Positions 24,311 to 36,700 of a stretch of DNA of 64,000 bases are shown piece after piece. The number at the start of each line of letters is the position of its first letter. Position 1 is the first letter of the stretch. Both the position numbers and the translations under genes were made by a program. The notes beneath the pieces were generated by a model. It was not told the DNA's origin. It worked only from the letters and a program-made list of their open reading frames with translations, and ran no database searches. The stretch comes from Azolla caroliniana (Eukaryota; Plantae; Polypodiophyta), in contig JBHGNT010000009.1 of assembly GCA_043228905.1 (NCBI GenBank), positions 2,294,001-2,358,000 on the forward strand, given 5' to 3'.

Positions 24311-25197
24311 ATAGAGAATGCATGTAAACAAGCTAGGAAAAGAGAATGCATGGAAGCAAGCTAGGAATAGAGAATGCATGTAAGCAAGCTAGGAAAAGAT
24401 AATGCATGTAAGCAAGCTAGGAATAGAAAATGCATGAGCACGCATGCAAGCTAGGAACTTCCAACATTCAATCTACTATACATGAAGTTGGATTTTATAC
24501 AAGGATGCATAGATAGATGTAGCTTAGTTGGTAGGGTTGCCCAATGGAGACCAAGAGGTCTTGGGTTCAATCCTTACCTTCTACAGTTGTGTGGCATATG
24601 TTTATGGCATTATTCTCCCTGGCCTAAGGCCACCTCCGAAGATCTGCGACCGACTTCAGTGGGTAACGTTCATGAAAATTGTGGATGGCTTCAGGAGATA
24701 CATTTTGTAAATGTGTAACTGGTTCCCACGTGGCATCCGAAATGGGATAACCTTTTCATAAGACCAAATATTGAAGTCGTCGTCGTCGTCGTCGCAAGCG
24801 GGAGTCAAGGATCTGGTCAACCTCGTACTCCTCCCTTGTTGATAATTCCACGGGTGGTGGTGGAGGAGGTTGTCGTCCTAGAATTCGAGGATGATGGTAT
24901 TGTTCAAGGAGAGAGACGTGGAAAAAATTGTGGATCCCGAAAGTTGGGGAAAGCGCTAACGGGAATTCGACTGGGTTGATTCATTCAATGATACGGAAGG
25001 GACCTAGGTTTTTGTAGTCTAGCTTCGTGCAAGGATGAGTGATGGCGATGTGGCAGCGTAGCAACTAAAACATGTCACAAACTGCAAAGGTTGGTGCAGC
25101 CAGGCGATGACGGTTAGCATGATCCTTATACTATTTGCTAGAGACACGGAGCTCAAGGGAGAGGTCATGATGGACATCTTTTAAAGTGCGGGCACAC
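24311..25197 (-). mobile_element. Second copy of the Tcn1-like 3' fragment (partial LTR plus chromodomain)
   Basis: Collinear with ~20832-21659, with scattered substitutions. Confidence 0.9.
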
Positions 25198-25505
25198 TTG
25201 ACGGTTCTGTCCAGAGGAGTCGAGACTGACTTACAGTCGGCCATCCCGAATTTGAAGAGCATACTCAACATGTAGTGACGTTGGCTGATCAATATGCCTT
25301 CGGGGGTACGGATCATTTCGATCCCGAGGAAGTAATGAAGGTCCCCCAGATCTTTCATGTCGAACGATGCCGCAAGCTGGAGCTTCACGCGGTCGATTTC
25401 ACATAGGTCGGCACCGGTGATGACCAAGTCATCAACATATAGTAAAATACTAACCGGTCCGAGTCGACCTTTCCGGATGAACAAGGAAGAGTCCGATTTT
25501 GACGT

Positions 25506-28500
25506 TGTCGTGAAGAATTTCGGCCATAGGAGAAAACCGGGAAACATTGGCTACATCGGCGGGGTGCAACGTGTGTACGCACCCATGTACATTTAGTGTG
25601 AATATCGAGGGCGCCTTTATGGCGCCCAAGAGTAGTCAAGTCGGGAGAGACGATCCCATGTAAGTCGGGATTTGTCCCACATTGTAACACATCCCTTTCC
25701 TTGATCTATAAAAGGAAGGGAACGCCCTTTGTGTAAGGGTTGCCCAGTTTGGATTAGAGGCTATACCGGTAGGTTTAGGGTTAGGTTTCTTCTACTTCTT
25801 CTTCTTCCCCTTCTTGTTCATTTAGGGTTGGCTGCAACTTATCTCCTGTGCAAGACCCCGCTCGGCGCGACGAGCCCGAGAGCTCCCTGACGGCGGCTTG
25901 ACAGCAGACGACTGTTGTAAACTATCTTGGTCCGGCTCAAAGCCGGGAGTGTATTCTACTTATATATATATACATATACGTTTGCGTCTGTCTGTGTATA
26001 TTGGCGTCTTGTTGGTGTCGGGTGCTCCCCTCTTTCCTTGCGTTTCCTGTACAAGAGGGCGTGTGTGTGCGTGCGCGCGCGCGTGTGTGTGTGTGTGCAC
26101 GCGCGTGAGACGGTGTCAAGCACGCTCTCTCACTCCCTCTCTCCCTTCGGCTGCTTCCGGTGCGTTTCAGGGGTGCCCTAGAAACGGTGAAGTGCGACTT
26201 CCTACGCTCCGTCGCTCCCTAGTCCAAGACCCCCGTGGTCCTGCCTTTCTCCACGCACGCGTGTAACAACGCGACATCTTTGGTGAACCCGACGTGAAAG
26301 GTGGCAAGGGAGGATGGAGTCGGAAGACGACGACCTTGCGGAGATGGTGGCCGAAGTGGTGTTGGAGTCGGCACGAGTGGTGATGAGGCGAGAAGCAGCG
26401 CAACAAGCGGTTGGGCGAGTGGTCGAAAGAGTCGGCCGTTTCAACGGGGACAAAGTCCCATCTTACTTGGAAGCCTACAACGCGGAAATGGAAGAGCATG
26501 GCGTAGACGAGGCGTTGAGGCTGGAGTTCTTCTACCGGGTCGTAGCTGTCCGGATGCATGCGGAAGTAATGGAGCTCCGTGAGGCTCGTGGTTCGTGGGA
26601 GGCCTTCGAAGAGGCGCTCCTGAAGGCATACGGAGGACGACGGAAGAGCCGGGGACGACACCACTTCGACCAGTCGGTAGCATCGGCAAAGACCCACCGG
26701 GGTGCGACGAAGGCGTTCTGGGCGTTCGAGCGACGACTTGCTCGGCTCCAAGAGCGGGAACAAGGTTTGGTGGGGGCGGACAAAGTCCTTTTGTTCGTCA
26801 GGTCGATCAACCGAGCGGAACGGGGAGCCATCAGGATTGAGCTCGAAGACGATGATGGAGCGAATGGGCTTACGGAGGATTGGTCAAAGGTCGGAAGGGT
26901 GTGCCAAAGGCTAGACAACGAGCGAGCCGAGAAGGCTAAGAGGAAGGTATGCGACGGCGTGCCATCACAGCAGGAAGAGGCCGGACGGCAGGGAGAGTCG
27001 GCAAGGGTCGGCGTTGGGGCCAGGATTGCGGAGGCGTACGCAGCGCTCAAAGCGATGCTCGAGGAAGAGGGAGGATCGAGGCCAGAAGCTGAGACCGAGG
27101 AGACGGACTTGCCCCACGCGACGGCGGAAGATCGGTACGACGGTACCACGGGAGAGGGTGCAGAATGAAACGCCCTCTCGACATGCGGAGAAAGATCGAC
27201 CGAGGACGAGGTCGAGGACGGTGAGGCGGCGATCGCCGAGTCGAGCGGAAATGAGGGAGGTCGGGCACGGAGGCCCGAAGCATCGAGCGGGGAGAAGATG
27301 GGTGGTGGTGCCGCGACCTTACGCACACCGGGCCTAGAGACTCCGGCAACCGGCCCGAGAGCCGATGTGAGACCTAGAGTGACGGGCGGTGGCGGCGGCA
27401 AGGAGGGCGACCACGACGGCGACGATGTGGGAGAGGGTACAGAGCGAGCGACCCTCTCGACTGGTGGAAAGAGGACGGCCAAGGACGAGGCCGAGATACC
27501 GATCGTGGAACCGGAACGTTGGGACCAGCGGTCTCGGGCGTGTCAGCCCGAGATCCCGGTCATTGGAGAAGCAAGCCGAGACGGGGCTTGCTCGATCGGT
27601 AAGAAGACGACTGCCGACCACGAAGAGTCGGTGGCTACGGACAAGGGCGTAAAACGGACGGGTGATTCTTTGTGTCTTCCCACACTTGCTCCCGAGACGA
27701 TGGCAGTCGGGCCCGAGTACCCACGTGAGTCCGAAGCGGAGGAAGGCGGCGGTGGAGGGCCAAGAATCATCGGCGAGACGATACGGGGAAGGAGCGGACG
27801 AAAGCCCACGGACCCGATTCCGGAGAACTCGGCATTCGGGCCCGTATGCCCATGTCAGACCGAGGAGATGGATGGCGGTACCGAGGAGTCCTGGCACGAT
27901 GCCAGCGAAGTCGGATGGGGAACGGCCTGCGAGGAGGCCGAGGGCGGACGCGGCACGAGGTTATCGGCATTCCGATACGGGTGGTGCATGATCTGGTCGT
28001 GGATCGTTCGATCGGGTCCGGTTTCGGCATGAAAGTGCCGATATGAAAGGGGGTGCGGGACGAGCCGCCCTCTTTTACATGGGGAGAAAGACCGACTGAG
28101 CGAAGGTCGAGATTACGAACGAGAACCGGGCGGAGCGGACTCTTGGATAACCATTCCGGGAGGGAGGAAGAGAGCAGGCCTACGAAGAGGCCGAGGACAT
28201 GGTACGTCGGTACCACGGGAGAGGGTGCGGAGTAAACCGCCCTCTCGGCATGAGGAAAAGGACGACCCGGGACAGGGTCAAGAAGGCGACGAACGCCTAC
28301 GGAGGATCCTTCACACCGGTTCTAGAGACTTCGGCAGTCGGCAACGCGGTCGACGTAAAACCAAGATACTGACGGTGGCGGCGAGGTGACGAAGGCAAGG
28401 GCTACGGAAGGGCGATCGACGGAGGATCCTTCACACCGGTTCTAGAGACTTCGGCAGTCGGGAACGCGGTCGACGTAAGACCAAGATACTGACGGTGGCG

Positions 28501-30623
28501 GCGAGGTGACGAAGACAATGGGCATAAGGAAGTCCGGTCCTACGGGATCCCCACACTTAACCGGAGACTCCGGCAGTTCGGCCAACGTGGCAACATGAGA
28601 CCGAGAGAGAAGGTTGGTGGCGGCGGGAAACGGGACCCGACTACGCGGAAGACACGAGGAGAGTCCGGGCGGGACTCAAACAAAAGACACCCGAGTTTTG
28701 GCAAGCATAAAAACGGAGTCCGGTCCTATGGGACCCTCACACTGATCCGGAGATTCCGGCAGTTCGGCCAACGTGGCAACATGAGACCAAGAGAGAAGGA
28801 CGGTGCTGGCAGGGAACGGGACCCGGCGACACGAAGTTCGGAAGAAGCCGGTAAGGGCAAACATGGAGAGGTGTGTCAGGCCAGAAAGGCACACCTTGGG
28901 CAGAACAAGAGTCTCGCGAGTGGCCATCACAGGCCGGATCGAAGCGTGACTACGGGACGGTGTTCGGCGCGGGCGAGGCCGAACGAAGGAAGCGGAAGAC
29001 GGCACAAGGGAGGTGCCGAGAACGAAGGGACAAGTGCCTAGTGGACTGCACAGGGTCGGAACCAGGACGGCAAGAGAGGCCGGAGGAGGATCCTCAACCC
29101 TCGCTCCGTAGATCTCGATAACTCCGTCGAAGTAACAAAGACCGACACGGCAAGCCGGGGTGACAAGATGGTGGGGGCGAGGGGACGACGACAAGCGAAA
29201 GACCCAGGACCTGTTGCAGCAGCACGAAGACGGGAAGGGACAAGCGGGCTACTACGGGGTTTTCCTCGGATGCAAAGGACACCGGTATGCGGGTGAACAA
29301 CGATGCACGATCAGGTCGGAAAGGGGCCGATGAGGAGTGTGACACGGCAGTACCAAACAACAGACGAGAGTAGGTGGCACACGGAGGTGCCGGAGCGGAA
29401 AGGCGAGCGCGGAGAAGGCCGGAAAGGGATCTTCCACACTGTTCCGGAGACCATGGCGGTTCGAGCCGACGTGGCGATGTAAGACCATGGAGAAGGAAGG
29501 TGGCGGCGGAAGGACGAAGGCGACGCGAAACACCATCGGGACATCACGATTCGACAACTGAGGCCAAGCGGGCTGCCACGGGCATTCCTCTAGCGGAGGG
29601 CATCGGGCATACGGTGGGAAGCGAGGCGTTCATACGGCCGAACAAGGGCCAACGGAAGTACGCGTACTACGGAGATCGCGGCAGAGGACCCATCGACGGG
29701 TCGAACGAGCCTACGGGGAAGCGAGCGCGAAGGAAGACTCGAAGCCGCCGGATCAAACCGGCAGCGAGCCGAGATGCGGATCACGGGAGACCGGTTTCTC
29801 ACCGGCCGAAATCGCTCACCCTTCAACCAGATTGGCACGTACCGGTGGACGTGCAATTAGGTGGGGGCGGATGTCGTCAAGAATTTTGGCCATAGGCGAA
29901 AACCGGGAAACATTGGCTACATCGGCGGGGTGCAGCGTGTGTACGCACCCATGTACATTTAGTGTGAATATCGAGGGCGCCTTTATGGCGCCCAAGAGTA
30001 GTCAAGTCGGGACAGACGATCCCATGTAAGTCGAGATTTGACCCACATTGTAATGCTTCCCTTTCCTTGATCTATAAAAGGAAGGGAACGCCCTTTGTGT
30101 AAGGGTTGCCCATTTTGGATTAGAGGGTATACCGATAGGTTTAGGGTTAGGTTTCTTCTGCTTCTTCTTCTTCTCCTTCGTGTTCGTTTAGGGTTTGCTT
30201 CGGTTCAGCCTCCTGTGCAAGACCCCGCTCGGCGCGACGAGCCCGAGAGCTCCCCGACGGCGGCTTGATAGCAGACGACTGTTGTAAACTATCTTGGTCT
30301 GGCTCGAAGCCGGGAGTGTATTCTACTTATATATATATACATATACGTTTGCGTCTGTCTGTGTATATTGGTGTCTTGTTGGTGTCGGGTGCTCCCTTCT
30401 TTCCCTGCGTTTCCTATACAAGAGGGCGTGTGTGCGTGCGCGTGTGTGTGTGCGCGTGCGTGAGTCGGTGTCAAGCACGCTCCCTCTCTCCCTTCGGCTG
30501 CTTCCGGTGCGTTTCAGGGGTGCCCCAGAAACGGTGAAGTGCGACTTCCTACGCTCCGTCGCTCCCTAGTCCAAGACCCCCGTGGTCCCGCCTTTCTCCA
30601 CGCACGCGCGTAACAACGCAACA
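25506..30623 (+). mobile_element. Non-autonomous Phygy-derived LTR element B (partial gag plus repeat modules, no pol)
   Basis: LTRs 25506-26276 and 29872-30623; PBS-Trp 26281; PPT; perfect TSD ACGT. Confidence 0.93.
26314..27168 (+). CDS. Truncated gag-like ORF of element B
   Basis: GRFNGDKVPSYLEAYNAEM...SWEAFEEALLKAY...KVLLFVRSI...GLTEDW matches the N-terminal gag of element A; no zinc knuckle. Confidence 0.7.
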   Translation: MESEDDDLAEMVAEVVLESARVVMRREAAQQAVGRVVERVGRFNGDKVPSYLEAYNAEMEEHGVDEALRLEFFYRVVAVRMHAEVMELREARGSWEAFEEALLKAYGGRRKSRGRHHFDQSVASAKTHRGATKAFWAFERRLARLQEREQGLVGADKVLLFVRSINRAERGAIRIELEDDDGANGLTEDWSKVGRVCQRLDNERAEKAKRKVCDGVPSQQEEAGRQGESARVGVGARIAEAYAALKAMLEEEGGSRPEAETEETDLPHATAEDRYDGTTGEGAE

Positions 30624-33600
30624 ACGTGACAAAGCCCATCCGATGCAGTTGTTGCGTGATCTTCGCATTCCAGGCACGCGGGGCTTGCTTCAGTCTGTAA
30701 AGGGACTTCTTCAGTCGGCATACTGCCGAGGAGTTCGTTCCAGAGTGAAATCTGGGGGGATGTACCATGTACACCTGTTCCTCAAGGTCACCTTGTAGGA
30801 ACGCATTCTTTACATCCATCTGATGTAAGTGCCACCCCTTCACCGCAGCTACTGCGAGCAAAACACGGACGGTCGTCAGTTTCGCGACCGGCGCAAACGT
30901 CTCATCGTAGTCGATGCCGTGTTTCTGCGTGTAGCCCTTTGCCACTAGACGAGCCTTGTAACGGTTGACCGCGCCATCGGTGTTTTACTTGACCTTGTAC
31001 ACCCACCTACACCCGATCGGTTTTACCCCTCTTGGTGCGTCATCCAGGTCCCAGGTCTCGTTCTCCGCCAATGCGTGCATCTCTTCCTCCATCGCGGCAC
31101 GCCAATTCGCGTCTTGAGCCGCTTCTGCGTAGCTCTCCGGCTCACGCACTTCCGCTACACGAGTCATGTACGCATAATGATGCGCCATGTACTCGTTGTA
31201 TCCGAACCGCAAAACAGGATTCTTCTGGCGAGTAGATCGGCGTAATCTCACATTAGCCGATGTCGAGGCCTTCTCGGTCGATGCGGTCTTCACCTTTAAA
31301 GACCCGTCACCGGTTCCCTCGGAGTCGGACTCGCGTCATTCTGACTCGTTCCTATCCGTGCCGGAATCCGACACCTTCTTCTTCGCTTTCTCTTTGCGCG
31401 TAAGCCGTCTCCTCGGCTTCCTGCGCGGGGAATGCACGACCGAGTCTCCACTACTCGCCGGCTCTTCATCAGACTGGTCGTATTGACTCAGTCGTCCAAT
31501 CGGTCCACTTAAACGGAGTGACATCGGACTCTCTTCGCGGGTCTCGATTTCGGGCTCATCCGGAGGTATCTCGGCCTCGCTGACCTCATCGTCAAAGCTC
31601 GGATTGGAATTGGGGTTTGGAGTCGGGGGCTGGTACCAGGACGCGGACTCGTCAAACACAACGTCGCGGCTAACACGCGCTTGTTTGGTGCGAGGATTAT
31701 AGCACTTATAACCCTTCTGCTCGTCCGAGTAACCGACCAAGATGCATTTCTTGGAATTTGCGTCCAGCTTCCTCCTTTTCTTCTTCGGTACATGCACATA
31801 CGCAATGCTACCGAACACCCTCAAGTGTCGCAAGTTCGGCTTCGTTCCGAAATACAGCTCGTGCGCCGACACTTTGTCTCCGATCCGGTTCTGGATGTAT
31901 ACCGCGGTCCTTACCGCCTCAGCCCAGTAGAACTTGGGCAAGCTCTTCTCCTCCAACATTGCCCGTGCCGCTTCCACAACTGACCAATTCTTCCTCTCGG
32001 CCACGCTGTTCTGCTCTGGCGTGTATCTACAACTGAATTCGCGCCGAATTCCCATTTGTTGTAGATAACCGTTGAATTGACCAGAAAAGTACTCTTTCCC
32101 GCCATCCGACCGCAAGCACTTGATCTTTCATCCCGTTTCCGTTTCCACGAACCCTTTGAGGTCCCGGAAACAGTCGAAGACTTCGCTCTTCCTCTCAATG
32201 ACGTAGATCCACGTGTGCCGCGTGTGGTCGTCGATGAAGGAGACGAAATATCCGCTCCGGCCAAGACTAACGTTTTGTGCCGGGCCCCATACATCAGAGT
32301 GTATAAGGTCGAGCTTATTCCAGCTCCGGTTTTGCTCGTTGGGGAAAGGAAGTCGGTGTTGCTTCCCGAGCTGGCAGGCTTCACAAATTTGTGCCTTTCG
32401 GCCACTAAATTTGGGCAATCCGAACACTACCTATTTCGAGAACAGATCTTGAAGCCGCTGGTAGTTGACGTGGCCTATCCGCTTGTGCCACAAGTCGATG
32501 TCCGACTCGGTTTTTCTTCCCTTCGCGAACATTGCGGTGCCGCCGTCAGTGGAGTCGAGGATGAACATCCTCCCGTCTGTGCCCCCTTGCGCAATCACAC
32601 GACCTTCTTCCTCAATGAAGCACCCGAGGTGTGTAAACCGAACCTCCATCCCTTGGTCGACGATCTGTCCGACCGAAACCAAGTTCTTCGTGATTGTCGG
32701 AACGTGCAACACGTTCATGAGTTTCCCTTTTTGCCCGACATGGCTAAGGGGAACTTCTCCGACATTCGCGATCGGATGCGGAGTGTCGTCTCCAGTTGCG
32801 ACTACTCCAGGTTGTATCAGTTTTTCAAGGTACGAGAACCACTCCTTATGGCTCGTCATGTGGTTTGACGCGCCGGAGTCTACGTACCACACCTCGTCCG
32901 ATCTCGGGGTGATCCGTTTCATTGACTTTGCTTCGTGTCTCGTCACGAAGGCAGACCCTTCTCTGGCTCTCCTGGAGTCTTCGGCGTAGTGTGATCGCTG
33001 CCGATTTCCCTTGTCGGTATGTCCGGAGCCATTTCCGGAACCGGTTCTCTCCGAATCAGCGCGCTTCTTCCAGCACTCACTTTCCCTGTGGCCTTTCTTG
33101 CCACAGTACCAGCACTCCGCGATGGCCTTCCCTTGCCGGTTCTCATCGCTTCGACTCCACCTGTTTCCGGAGGGTCCGGAGTTGCTGTCGGCATCACTTC
33201 GGTGCCTTCTTCCTTGATCTCGTCGGCCGCCTCCTTTGCGCGCTGACTCGCCTCGTCCTCCACATCCACGGGGCCTATCTCCCTCCGTGTACAACATTTT
33301 GTTGTCGGTGTGCATGCTTGTAAACGCACCCGTGTGGTTCTCCTCTACCAGAAGCATTGATTGTAAGTCGAAAAAGGACAACGTATTCTCTCGGGTACAC
33401 ACAGCCGTCCGGAACGCTCCGAACTTCGACGCCAAACCTCCGAGACAGATCTGGACCATCTCGCTCTCCTCAATGTTCACCTCTATGGAGGCGAGGGAGT
33501 CACAGATATCCTTGATCTTCGAGGTATAGTCCGCCACCGACAAGTCGCGTTGTCATAGGTTGCTCAACACCTGTCGGAGCTGAAGCTTCCTGGTTGTGGT

Positions 33601-33768
33601 GCTCGCGGCGAAGATCTTCTTCAGATTTTCCCACGCACCCTTCGGCGACTTTGCATCCCGAACATAGCTCAATAGCTGTTCGCCCACACACGACGCGAAG
33701 TAGTATAATACCCTGCTCGCCGATTGCTCCCACGACGGGAAGTCTCTATGTGTCGATTCGGGTGCCGC

Positions 33769-36700
33769 TATCGTGAAGATTTTCGTCCACGAGCGGAAAC
33801 CCGAGCAACGAGAGCCAAAGAGCGATGTGCAACATTGCACACGTACATAATGTATTTGTAATAATAATAGGGGAAAAGGGTATGGTGCTAGAAATGCCCA
33901 TAAGATCCCTAAGGTATAAAGGCGATGTGGTCTTGTGCGCACATCCACGCAAGAGAGAGAGAGAGGTACTATGCGGTACATAGGTACCTAGTTGTTTGTG
34001 AGGAGGTGGGGGTTAAGGGGCCATTAATCTCACCCTCCCCAAATCAAGGCAAATATCCCCTTTGAATGAAAGGGGATATTTTAGTCTCGTTTTTGTAAAC
34101 GGTCTTCCCTCCTTGTGCTATAAAAGGAGAGGGAAGGCACCATTGTGAGGGTTGCCTATTTTGAGTGTGCGAGGTATACCACATAGGTCGAGCGTTAGGG
34201 TTAGGGTTAGGGTTTCTTTATCTTGATCTTCATCTTCGTCGGTTAGGGTTTCGAGTAGTCGTTTGGTGCGGCCTATGCGGCCACCATTTTGTAATCGTTC
34301 ACTTCGTTTTAATATATCTTGTTGATCATCTTGTCTCCATCTTCCTCTTGTTCGATCTGATCTCTTGTTCATTCTTCTTCTTCTCGAGCAAAGCTTCCAT
34401 TCCACGTCCGATTCCTTCTCCTCTACTCCTTAGTCCAAGACCCCCGTGGTCCCGCCCTTCTCCACACACACGCGTAACAACGTGACATCTTTGGTGAACC
34501 CGACGTGAAGAGGCGGCAAGGGAGGAAGGAGATGGAAGGCGGAGACATCGCGGAAGTAATTACGAGAATGGCAAGGGATTTCGCAAGAAGGAGAGAAAGA
34601 CGGGAAGAGGCGTACAAGTACGATCGACGCGAGTTCGATCTATGGGTGTCGTCGGCAAAGGCTCCTCGAAGCGCAATGAAGGCATTCCGGGAGTTCGATC
34701 TCCGGTTTTCCCAACTTTCGGTCCGGGATCAAGAATCGGTGGGGGCGGACAAGGTCCCACTATTCTTGAAGTCGGTCAACGAAAGGGGGAGAATGGCCAT
34801 TTTTCCCTACCTCGAAGACGATGAAGGGGCGTACGGCCTCACCGAAGATTGGAACGAGGTGGAATGGGCGTGCATACAATGCGATGAGAGGCGGTCGGCC
34901 ACAACGCGGCCCGCAAGCGGCGGAGAAGAGAGAGCGGCAACCGACTACGCACTACCGCCGGAAGAGAGCTCAACGCAAATCGGTTCGGAGGAGCTCGACA
35001 TCGAAGCCTTGGTGCGGGAAGCATACGAGATCATAGAGGCACAAATCGAAGCCGAAGAAGGGTTTATTGCGGAGTTGGGCCCGAGCGGAACGAAGGATGA
35101 GGAGGCCGAAAGAGGATGGTACATCGGTACCACGGGAGAGGGTGCGGAGCGAGCCACCCTCTCGACATGCGGAGAAAGATCGACCGAGGACGAGGTCGGG
35201 ATGGTGAGGCGGCGATCGCCGGTTCGAGTGGACATGAGGGAGTTAGGGCATGGAAGCCCGAAACTTCGAGCAGGGAGAAGACGGGCGGTGGTGCCGGGAC
35301 CTTACGCACACCGGGCCTAGAGACTCCGGCAACTGGCCCGAGAGCTGGTGTGAGACCTAGAGTGACGGGCGGTGGCGGCGGCAAGGCGGGCGACCACGAT
35401 CGTGACATGGGAGAGGGTGCGGAAAGAGCGACTCTCTCGTCTTGTGGCGAATGGACGGCCATGGGGGCCGGTAACTACGGATTCGGGACATGGCGGCCCG
35501 AAACACCGAGTGAGGAGGAGACAAGAGGTGGTGCCGCCACCTTACACACACCGGCCCTAGAGGCACCGGCGGTCGGCCCGATTGCCGGCGTGAGACTTAG
35601 ATCGACGGGCGGTGGCAGCGGCAAGGCGGGTAACCGAGACAACGGTAAGGAGACCGTAGAAGAGGAGGCGGCAAGCGTAATTGATGCTTGCATATACGGA
35701 GGCGGGGTAGCCACAGACGATGATGTCCGAATGGAGGTGGCTACGGGCATAACATCGATGAGCGGCGGCGTTGCTACCTTACATGCACCGGTTCAAGAGA
35801 CCCTGGCGGCTGGCCCGAGTGCCCGCGTGAGACCTAGGGTAACGAACGGTGGTGGCGGCAAGGCGGGCGACCACGGCGACGATGTGGGAGAGGGTGCAGA
35901 GCGAACGACCCTCTCGACTTGTGGAAAGAGGACGGCCATGGATGAGGCCGATATCTACGAAGCAATGGACGCCACTTCGAGAGTGGGCGAAAGTTTTGGG
36001 ACGCGGTTGCCCGAAACGTTCTACGAGGATTTCGCGAGCATACTCGAGGCTTGTGAAATCGAGGAAGAAGAGGAGACGAGCGGCGGTGCCGCGACCTTCC
36101 ACACACCGGTCCTAGAGACTCCGGTAACCGGCCCGAGAGTCGGTGTGAGACCTAGAGAGACGGATGGTGGCGGCGGCAAGGCGGGCAACCGAAATGACGA
36201 AGAGGAGGTTCGTAGCGGAAGGAGGCGAGATCCCTCGACACCGGGGCCGGAGACTTCGGCGATTGCGCCCGAGCGTGGACATAAGACCGGAGAGATGGGC
36301 GGTGGCCGTGAGGATGAGAGGCCCGGAGTGGGCACGTGCGAAAAGACCGAAGGAGAGGTCCGGAGCGGCATCGAGGAGCGAGTCGGGAACTGACCTGACC
36401 GAAAGATGAGCCGGTCGGTAATCCGACCCGACCGGGAGGCGAAGCAGAAGAAGAGTGAAGCGGGGTCCGGTCAACCGGGCCCAAACTGAAGAAGAACCGG
36501 CGAGGCCGGATTTGCGCAGACAAACATGTACCGGTTACGATTACGGAAGGGAGCCGACCAAACCGGAACTCAATCGACCGAGACCGATCTGGGCGAAGGC
36601 TAAGTCGGCATGATTGGAGATCGGGGAAGACGGGTCACAACACGCGACGAGAGTCGGTGAGCGTATTGAGGAGGCCTAGTGGGCATGGTGATCACGGCTT

